From an uncultured Alphaproteobacteria bacterium (GTDB lineage Bacteria; Pseudomonadota; Alphaproteobacteria; ATCC43930; CGMCC-115725), in contig CAVQSZ010000021.1 in assembly GCA_963716115.1 (NCBI GenBank), positions 36,779 to 100,778 of the forward strand: a DNA stretch of 64,000 nt, written 5' to 3'. Position numbers and translations under genes: made by a program. Positions 57,367 through 64,000 of the stretch are shown here, piece after piece. The notes beneath the pieces were generated by a model. That model did not search any database. It saw nothing but the letters and a program-made list of their open reading frames with translations, and was not told the DNA's origin. How positions within the stretch are numbered: the stretch's first letter is position 1; each line of letters opens with the position of its first letter.

Positions 57367-57478
57367 CGCCGAGTTCTGGTCGGCGAAGCCGTGGGTCCCG
57401 GCTTTCGCCGGGACAGCGGGTTCCCGCTCGTCTTCCCCGGCGAAAAGTCGTTTGGGGGAGTGGCGCGGCGGCGCGCGG

Positions 57479-59626
57479 TCAATCGGCGAGCGGGTCGGGG
57501 CGGAACTGGAAATGGAAGGCGATCGGGACCGCGCCCTTGCCGCCTTCCTTGAGCCACGGCGCCCGGTCGCCGCTCGTCGTCCATACCCCGCGCCCTTTCC
57601 ATCCCGCCTTGGGGTCGTCGATGCGGCCGTCGAGGCCCTTGGCGTAGAAGCTCAGCGGATAGGGGACGCGCAGCACCACCCATTTGCCGTCGACCAGCGC
57701 CAACAGCGCGTCGTTTTCGTTGCCGGTCGAGATCGGCACGTCGTTCCCGAGCCCCAAGGTATTGTGCTGATCGACCCAGGTGTAATAGCTCGCCTCGGCG
57801 CTGTTGTCGCCGATGCCGGCAAAGCCCGGCCCGGGATACTGGTAGAAGGTCCAGCCCTCCGGGCATTGGTCGCCGACAGCCTTGGGCCCGTTCGCCGGCC
57901 CCCTGCACTTCTTCCGGTCGAAGCTGCCGAGGTGGCCGCTCCCCAATGACACCCACACCACACCCTTCGAATCGATGTCGGCGCCGCGCGGCCCAAAGCC
58001 GGGCAGGGGCACGTTGTAGATTTCGGCGAGCGCCGTCGCCGGCGGGTTGGCCCCCGGATCGAGCCGCACGATCGCCCCCTTGCCGCCGAAGACGCCGACC
58101 GTGCCCCAGACCGAGCCGTCGACCGGGCTCGGCATGATCGCGTAGAAGCCGCCGGCGATGCGCTTGTCCTGTTGCGGATCGACCGGCTGGTCCGGCTCGA
58201 CATAGGCGTCGCGCCTGCCGTTGCCGTCGGTGTCGAGCACCAGCGCCGTCCAGCCCTGCGCCTTGGCCGCGTCCCCGGTCTCGTCGAAGACCTTGGTGTC
58301 GAGCCAGCCGACGACCGGGCCGCCGCCCGATGTCCACAAGGTGTCGTCCTTGTCGAAGCCGAACTGCAGGTGGTGGGTGTCGAAGCAGGTGTCGATGAAG
58401 GTGTACTTCATCGTCTTCGGGTCGAGCATCGCCAGCTGCCGGCGGCTCTGCTTCAGCGGAAAAAGCTTGGCCGAGGGATGGTCGGAGCCCGCCTTGCAGA
58501 AAGCCGGATTGTCGAGGCCGCGCACCGAGGCGCTGAGCCACACCCGGCCTTTCCGGTCGATCATCATGTTGTGGTTGTTGACGCGGGTGTCCCAGATCTG
58601 CCGGTCGCCCCAATAGGCCGACGGCATCACCGGCTCCAGGGTCGCGGCGTGCCCGTCGCCGAGCGACAGCGGCATTTGGGGGTCGCGCACCGGCGCTTTG
58701 AAGCTGGTGACCGTGCTGGTCGCCGGGTCGAGGATCGGCAGCTCGTCGGTCGAATATTCCGGCGAGCCGTAGAGCCTGCCATGGGCGTTGACGGTCGGCT
58801 CGCGCTTGTCGCTCGAGATCAGATCGTGCAGGTACTTGTCCGGCAGGCCCCAATCCCACTCGGTGACGACGAGGTTGCGCTCCACCCCCTGCGGCCGCGG
58901 CGGCGTCGCCTGCGGCAGCTCGCCCTGGGCGATGCGGTCGGTCCACTCGGCGAAGTACTTGAACGGCGCGCCGCCCAGCTGCCCGGCGAGCGGGTTGACC
59001 ATAAAGGGCGCCGACTGGCCCGACTGGACCCGCCGCATCCAGGCGTCGACGCTGGTCTTCTCGTCCGCGAACGCGGCCGGGATCGTGCGCGTCGATTCCT
59101 GGCCGAGCTGGTGACAGCCGACGCAGGCCCGGTTCTTGACGATCGTCAGCCAGTCCTGCTGCGTGACATGCGCCGGGATGCCGTTCTCGCCGCCGAACTC
59201 CTTCTGGTCCGGGATCGCCAGCAGCGAATACCAGTAGATCGCCGGGTAGTAATGCGCCGCATCGGCCGCGCTGGGCGCGGGTGCGGCGGCGAGATCGAGC
59301 CGCTGGCCGGGCCTGGCGCGCATCTTCGGCGAGTCGATCAGGCCGTAGCCGCGCGCCCACACGCGGTAGTCGGCCTGCGGCAGATCCGGCAGCAGCCAGC
59401 GGCCCTGGTCGTCGGTCACGACGATGCGCCGGAACCGCGTCGGCAATTCGGTCGTCTCGGCGATGACCCAGACCCCGGCCTCGGGACCCTGCGGGCTGGA
59501 GACGACGCCGCCGATGTCCTTGTCGCCGATCGCGATCGCGGCGCTCTGCGGCTGCGCCCGCGCCGGCCCCCCGGCCAGAAGCATCACGGCGGCGGCGAGC
59601 AACGGCAGCCTCTTGCCGATCTTCAT
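57479..59626 (-). CDS. Secreted 715-aa protein: carboxypeptidase-regulatory-like N-domain, single c-type haem motif, large beta-rich C-terminal region
   Basis: Signal peptide, then GVVSSPQGPEAGVWVIAET..VTDDQGRWLLPDLPQADYRVWARGYG and CVGCH (59111-59125). A long Gly/Trp/Asp-rich region follows. Confidence 0.7.
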   Translation of the reverse strand: MKIGKRLPLLAAAVMLLAGGPARAQPQSAAIAIGDKDIGGVVSSPQGPEAGVWVIAETTELPTRFRRIVVTDDQGRWLLPDLPQADYRVWARGYGLIDSPKMRARPGQRLDLAAAPAPSAADAAHYYPAIYWYSLLAIPDQKEFGGENGIPAHVTQQDWLTIVKNRACVGCHQLGQESTRTIPAAFADEKTSVDAWMRRVQSGQSAPFMVNPLAGQLGGAPFKYFAEWTDRIAQGELPQATPPRPQGVERNLVVTEWDWGLPDKYLHDLISSDKREPTVNAHGRLYGSPEYSTDELPILDPATSTVTSFKAPVRDPQMPLSLGDGHAATLEPVMPSAYWGDRQIWDTRVNNHNMMIDRKGRVWLSASVRGLDNPAFCKAGSDHPSAKLFPLKQSRRQLAMLDPKTMKYTFIDTCFDTHHLQFGFDKDDTLWTSGGGPVVGWLDTKVFDETGDAAKAQGWTALVLDTDGNGRRDAYVEPDQPVDPQQDKRIAGGFYAIMPSPVDGSVWGTVGVFGGKGAIVRLDPGANPPATALAEIYNVPLPGFGPRGADIDSKGVVWVSLGSGHLGSFDRKKCRGPANGPKAVGDQCPEGWTFYQYPGPGFAGIGDNSAEASYYTWVDQHNTLGLGNDVPISTGNENDALLALVDGKWVVLRVPYPLSFYAKGLDGRIDDPKAGWKGRGVWTTSGDRAPWLKEGGKGAVPIAFHFQFRPDPLAD

Positions 59627-59931
59627 GCGCCCCTCCCTCTGAGCGCCCGCCCTCTACCGGCGGGCTTGCTCGATCCGACTGCGCCAATTCTACCAAAGCC
59701 GCGCACGGAGTCCACCAAAGCGCGCCCGGCCGCGATCGGCCTCGCACCATCGCGCCGGAGAACTTCGCCGCTGCACCGCGCGCCGGAGGTGGCGTTCGAT
59801 GAAGAGGCGCCGTAAAGACGGCAGGTTCAATCCGCTGCATCCCTCCGGCGAGGACGGCCAGGCTTATGAGCTCCGGCAAAAATGGCGCCATCCCCGGGCG
59901 CGGCGGGCCTTGCCGTTTCGCGATCGATTGC

Positions 59932-60870
59932 ATGATCGCCCTCGGCGCTCGCGCCTTTTTGCTTCTCGTTGCTCTCGCCGCCGCGCCGGGCCCGGCTGCG
60001 GCCGGTGGAGAATTCGCCGGGCTCATCGACATCGGCGGCGGCCGCAGGATGTATCTGGAGTGTCGCGGCGTGGGCGCCCCGACCGTCGTGCTGGTCGGCG
60101 GCCTCAGGGCTTCGGCCGAGGATTGGAGCATTGCCGACAACACCGCCTCGGCGGTGTTTCCCGAAATCGCCAAATTCACCCGGGTGTGCGCCTATGACCG
60201 CCCCGGAACGCCGGTCGGCGAGACGCCGAGCCGCAGCGACCCGGCGGCGCAGCCGACCACGGCGGCCGATGCGGTCGCCGACCTGCATGCGTTGCTGCGC
60301 GCCGCCGACGAGACCGGACCCTATGTGCTCGTCGGGCATTCCTACGGCGGTCTGGTCGTCCGCCTTTATGCGATGACCTATCCCGAGGAGGTATCCGGCC
60401 TCGTCCTCGTCGACGCTCTTGCCGAAGGGCTGCGGGATGCGGAGACGCCCGAGCAGTGGGCGGTGCAGCGAAAGCTGATCGACGGCGACGTGCGGGAAAG
60501 CCTGGTCCTGTACCCGGCCCTTGAACGGATCGACGTGGACCGCAGCTTCGACCAAATCCGCGCGGCGCCGCCGCTGCGTCCGCTGCCGCTCTTTGTATTG
60601 TCCGCGGACCGGCCTTGGGGCCCTCAAGTTCCGGCCATGATCGCGGCCGGCAAGCTGCCGGCCGACATTCCGCCCGACTTCGGCTACGTTACCGACGCCG
60701 CGCAGAAGGTCGCCCAGGAGCGGCTCGCCCGGCTCGCGCCGAACGCCAGGCACATCACCAATACCAACAGCGGCCACGAAATCCACAAGGAGCAGCCGCA
60801 GCTCGTGGTCGACGCTATCCGCGAGGTCGTCGAGGCGGTCCGTCGCGGCAGCCGCGATATGGCGCGCTGA
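59932..60870 (+). CDS. Secreted alpha/beta-hydrolase
   Basis: Signal peptide MIALGARAFLLLVALAAAPGPAAA, nucleophile elbow GHSYGG, and C-terminal NSGHEIH. Confidence 0.8.
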   Translation: MIALGARAFLLLVALAAAPGPAAAGGEFAGLIDIGGGRRMYLECRGVGAPTVVLVGGLRASAEDWSIADNTASAVFPEIAKFTRVCAYDRPGTPVGETPSRSDPAAQPTTAADAVADLHALLRAADETGPYVLVGHSYGGLVVRLYAMTYPEEVSGLVLVDALAEGLRDAETPEQWAVQRKLIDGDVRESLVLYPALERIDVDRSFDQIRAAPPLRPLPLFVLSADRPWGPQVPAMIAAGKLPADIPPDFGYVTDAAQKVAQERLARLAPNARHITNTNSGHEIHKEQPQLVVDAIREVVEAVRRGSRDMAR

Positions 60871-60891
60871 GCGGCGCCGCCGGCGCGGGGG

Positions 60892-61650
60892 CTACACCCG
60901 CCCGATCAGCCGGCGGGCGCGCTCGAGGTCGGCCGGGGTGTCGACCTGGACGCCGAGGCGGCCCGCTTCGATCAGGCTGACCGAGATCCGCATGCCGGCT
61001 TCGAGGGCGCGCAATTGCTCGAGGCGCTCGCGGATTTCGAGGACGCCGCGCGGCAACGCGACGAACCGCTCCAGCGCTTCGCGGCGGTAGGCGTAGAGCC
61101 CGATATGCTCGTAATAGGGCCCCGCCCCCCAAGGGACGACGGCCTTGCTGAAATAGAGCGCCCAGGCCGGGCGGGCCGGGTCGGCAAAGCCGGCGACGAC
61201 CTTGTTGACGCTGTCGTCGGCGAGCGCCGCCGGGTCCTCGATCGGGGCCGCGAGGGTCGCGATGTCGGCATCGGGGTCGGCGAGGCCGGCGAGCGCGACT
61301 GCGATCGCCGCCGGGTCGAGGAGCGGCAGGTCGCCCTGGACGTTAACGACCGCGTCATGGGCGCGGCCGGGGTCGATCAGCCCGATCGCCTCGCAGATGC
61401 GGTCGGAGCCGGTCGGGCAGCCGGGATCGGTCATGACGGCGCGGCCGCCCGCGGCCTCGACCGCGTCGGCGATGGCGCGGTCGCCGCAGGCCACCGCCAC
61501 CGGCCCGACCCCGGCGGCGACGGCGCGGCGCCAGACATGGACGATCATCGGCGCGCCGCCGATATCGGCGAGCGGCTTTCCCGGCAGGCGGGTCGCGGCC
61601 AGCCGGGCCGGGATCAGGATGATCGGGCTCAGGGGGGCGGTTCTCGTCAC
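60892..61650 (-). CDS. kdsB: 3-deoxy-manno-octulosonate cytidylyltransferase
   Basis: ILIPARLAATRLPGKPLADIGGAPMIVHV..VNVQGDLP..YEHIGLYAYR. Confidence 0.9.
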   Translation of the reverse strand: MTRTAPLSPIILIPARLAATRLPGKPLADIGGAPMIVHVWRRAVAAGVGPVAVACGDRAIADAVEAAGGRAVMTDPGCPTGSDRICEAIGLIDPGRAHDAVVNVQGDLPLLDPAAIAVALAGLADPDADIATLAAPIEDPAALADDSVNKVVAGFADPARPAWALYFSKAVVPWGAGPYYEHIGLYAYRREALERFVALPRGVLEIRERLEQLRALEAGMRISVSLIEAGRLGVQVDTPADLERARRLIGRV

Positions 61651-61788
61651 CGGCGGGCTTTTCAGCGGGTTGCGGCGGGCAGCGACAACATGCCCGGTTC
61701 GTGCCCGCGCCGAAAGCGTGATAATTCAGTTGAGTTGTCGGGGGGAATTGGATTTTCTCCCGACCCGTCAGGGTCGGAAGGGTCGCCG

Positions 61789-62310
61789 ATGTCGTCTTTC
61801 GAGTGGAACAAGATCATTGCCTCGGTGCTGACCGCGATGATCGTCGCGATGGTCGCGGGGATCCTCGCCGGCAAGCTGGTCAGCCCGGAGAAGCTCGAAA
61901 AGCCGGTCTTTGTCGTCGCCGGCGGCGAAGCGACGGCAGCCGCCGCCCCGGCCGGCCAGGCGGCGGCCGCGCCGGAGCCGATCGGCCCGTTCCTGGCCAA
62001 GGCCGATCCCGCCAAGGGCGAGCAGATCGCCAAGGTCTGCGCCGTCTGCCACACCTTCACCAAGGGCGGCCCCAACAAGATCGGCCCCAATCTGTGGGAC
62101 ATCACCCAGGAGGCGATGGCCGGCATCCCGAACTACCAGTTCTCCGCGGCGATGGAGCTGCACAAGGGCGAGAAATGGGATGTCGACAAGCTCAATCAGT
62201 GGCTGTGGAAGCCGCAATCCTTGGTCAAGGGCACCAAGATGACCTTTGTCGGGATCCCGGACGCGCAAAAGCGCGCCGATGTGATCGCCTATCTGCTGAC
62301 GTTGAAATAG
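61789..62310 (+). CDS. cycM: Membrane-anchored class I cytochrome c
   Basis: N-terminal anchor IIASVLTAMIVAMVAGILAG, an Ala/Pro linker, then CAVCHTF..GPNLWD..KMTFVG..YL. Confidence 0.75.
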   Translation: MSSFEWNKIIASVLTAMIVAMVAGILAGKLVSPEKLEKPVFVVAGGEATAAAAPAGQAAAAPEPIGPFLAKADPAKGEQIAKVCAVCHTFTKGGPNKIGPNLWDITQEAMAGIPNYQFSAAMELHKGEKWDVDKLNQWLWKPQSLVKGTKMTFVGIPDAQKRADVIAYLLTLK

Positions 62311-62355
62311 CCCTCAACCGACGCCGGGTTTGCCGATGACCGGCCCCCACCCTGC

Positions 62356-62377
62356 CCTCCCCCGCACGCGGGGGAGG
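62356..62377 (+). terminator. GC-rich stem-loop 45 nt downstream of cycM (terminator or REP)
   Basis: cctcccccg-cacg-cgggggagg is a perfect 9-bp stem, followed by atcaagctttg (weak T tract). Confidence 0.3.
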
Positions 62378-62403
62378 ATCAAGCTTTGCCTCCCGCACCG
62401 ATG

Positions 62404-62431
62404 CTCCCTCGCCCCGCTTGCGGGGAGAGGG
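62404..62431. repeat. GC-rich REP hairpin, second copy of the 1787-1818 family
   Basis: ctccctcgccccgcttgcggggagaggg. Confidence 0.7.
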
Positions 62432-63224
62432 CCGGGGTGAGGGGCCAGCCTTGGCCGGGCTCGACGATTTTCTGACCCTGGCGGCGGCGCTGGCCGATGC
62501 GGCCGGGGCGGCGATCCGGCCGTATTTCCGCTGCCCGATCGATATCGAGGACAAGCCCGACCTGACCCCGGTCACCGTCGCCGACCGCGCCGCCGAGGCG
62601 GCGATGCGGGCGCTGATCGAGGTGCGGTTTCCGGATCACGGCATCCTCGGCGAGGAATTGGGCCGGGTCCGCGAGGGCGCCGAACATGTCTGGGTGCTCG
62701 ATCCGATCGACGGCACCAAATCCTTCATCAGCGGGGTTCCGCTGTTCGGCACCTTGATCGCGCTGACAAGGCGGGGGCGGCCGATCCTCGGCGTCATCGA
62801 CCAGCCGATCTCGCGCGAGCGCTGGGTGGGCGCCGAGGGCCGGCCGACCACGCTCGACGGCGCCCCGATCCGCTGCCGCCCCTGCGCCGGCCTCGCCGCC
62901 GCCACCCTCTTCGCGACCACGCCCGAGATGTTCAAGGGGCCGGATGCGGCCGCCTTCGCGCGGGTCTCGGCCGCGGCCAAGCTGACCCGTTTCGGCGCCG
63001 ATTGCTACGCCTCGGGCCTGCTCGCCGCCGGATTTGTCGATCTCGTCCTTGAAGCCAGCCTCCAGCCCTACGATTTCTGCGCGATAATCCCGATCGTCGA
63101 AGGGGCGGGGGGCGTGGCCACGGACTGGCGAGGAGCGGCTCTCGACCTCTTCTCCGACGGCCGCGTCCTGTTTGCCGGCGACCGCCGCGCCCATCGCGCG
63201 GCGCTGGCGCTCCTCGACGGTTGA
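62418..63224 (+). CDS. hisN: Inositol-monophosphatase-family histidinol-phosphatase (HisN-like); start uncertain
   Basis: VTVADRAAEAAMRALI..FPDHGILGEE..WVLDPIDGTKSF..GADCYA..LVLEASLQPYDF..PIVEGAGG. The first ~10 codons overlap a REP hairpin, so the true start is probably the TTG near 62450. Confidence 0.75.
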   Translation: MRGEGRGEGPALAGLDDFLTLAAALADAAGAAIRPYFRCPIDIEDKPDLTPVTVADRAAEAAMRALIEVRFPDHGILGEELGRVREGAEHVWVLDPIDGTKSFISGVPLFGTLIALTRRGRPILGVIDQPISRERWVGAEGRPTTLDGAPIRCRPCAGLAAATLFATTPEMFKGPDAAAFARVSAAAKLTRFGADCYASGLLAAGFVDLVLEASLQPYDFCAIIPIVEGAGGVATDWRGAALDLFSDGRVLFAGDRRAHRAALALLDG

Positions 63225-63246
63225 GGCCACCTTCGAGGAGAAGGCG

Positions 63247-64000
63247 ATGCGCAGAGCCATCGCGACCGCCGCCGGGCTGCTGCTGGCGTTCGCCGCCGCC
63301 GCGTCGGCGGCCCCCCGGCACGGGCTGTCGCTGTTCGGCGACTTGAAGTACGGCCCGGATTTTCGGCATTTCGACTACGCCGACCCGGCCGCCCCCAAGG
63401 GCGGCGCGATGCGCTACTCGGCGATCGGCACCTTCGACACGCTCAACCCCTACGTGATCAAGGGCGTGCCGGCGGCCGGGGTCGGCCGGATCTTCGACAC
63501 CCTGCTGGCGCGGTCGGAGGATGAGCCGGCCAGCGAATACGGGCTGGTCGCCGAAACCGTCGACGTCGCCGCCGACAGGCTCTCGGTGCTGTACACCTTG
63601 CGCAAGGAGGCGCGCTTTCACGACGGCGCGCCGATGACCCCGGACGATGTGGTGTGGACCTTCGAGACGTTGCGGCAAAAGGGGCAGCCCTTGTACCGCT
63701 CCTATTACGGCGACGTGACCAAGGTCGAAAAGGAGGGCGAGCGCGGCGTCCGGTTTTATTTCAAATCGGCCGAGAACCGCGAATTGCCGCAAATCCTCGG
63801 GCAGATGCCGGTGCTCTCGAAGGCCTATTGGTCGGGGCGCGACTTCGAGAAGACGACATTGGACCCGCCGCTCGGCAGCGGCCCCTACAAGATCGAGGCG
63901 ATCGACCCCGGCCGCTCCATCACCTATCGCCGGGTTCCCGACTACTGGGCCGCCGACCTGCCGGTCGAGAAGGGGCGCAACAATATCGACACGATCCGCT
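63247..64000 (+). CDS. ABC-transporter periplasmic solute-binding protein, family 5 (YejA/oligopeptide-like), 5' part running off the right edge
   Basis: Not in the ORF track; translated by hand. [94 protein letters not shown].. Confidence 0.8.
   Translation, partial: MRRAIATAAGLLLAFAAAASAAPRHGLSLFGDLKYGPDFRHFDYADPAAPKGGAMRYSAIGTFDTLNPYVIKGVPAAGVGRIFDTLLARSEDEPASEYGLVAETVDVAADRLSVLYTLRKEARFHDGAPMTPDDVVWTFETLRQKGQPLYRSYYGDVTKVEKEGERGVRFYFKSAENRELPQILGQMPVLSKAYWSGRDFEKTTLDPPLGSGPYKIEAIDPGRSITYRRVPDYWAADLPVEKGRNNIDTIR

Overview
High-GC (about 70-78% in hand-counted lines) chromosomal segment. REP-type hairpins and gene content suggest an alphaproteobacterium (Rhizobiales/Rhodospirillales-like); this is inference. 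I call about 60 protein genes, one tRNA-Thr(UGU), and no rRNA or CRISPR. Most genes are metabolic or envelope housekeeping: nudC, a Rieske oxygenase operon, three luciferase-like oxidoreductases, several SDRs, a ThDP enzyme, an OMF-MFP-RND efflux pump, a porin, bfr-bfd, pyrD, kdsB, cycM, a hisN-like phosphatase and a DinG-type helicase. Six things stand out. (1) A low-GC islet at 42.2-45.3 kb holds a PUA/EVE-like-HNH nuclease, a DUF3883 (PD-(D/E)xK-like) nuclease with an unknown AT-rich N-terminal domain, and vsr. There is no methyltransferase, only the stump of an older R-M gene. This is my best candidate for an undescribed defence module. (2) The native dimeric icd gene has been displaced in situ by a monomeric-type isocitrate dehydrogenase, leaving 5' and 3' icd stumps on both sides. 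(3) An operon encodes an output-less haem-c (DUF3365)-HAMP membrane sensor, a Hanks Ser/Thr kinase and a secreted peptidoglycan-binding protein. (4) An S41 (CtpA/Prc-like) homologue has both catalytic residues replaced. (5) There is a toxin-less toxin-antitoxin remnant and an internally deleted IS4-family element whose 35-bp ends resemble the REP hairpin family scattered through the window. (6) At least five otherwise intact genes carry single-nucleotide frameshifts, most in or next to short G/C runs, so assembly error must be excluded before calling them pseudogenes. Many long ORFs in the six-frame track are GC-driven shadow frames and were not called.
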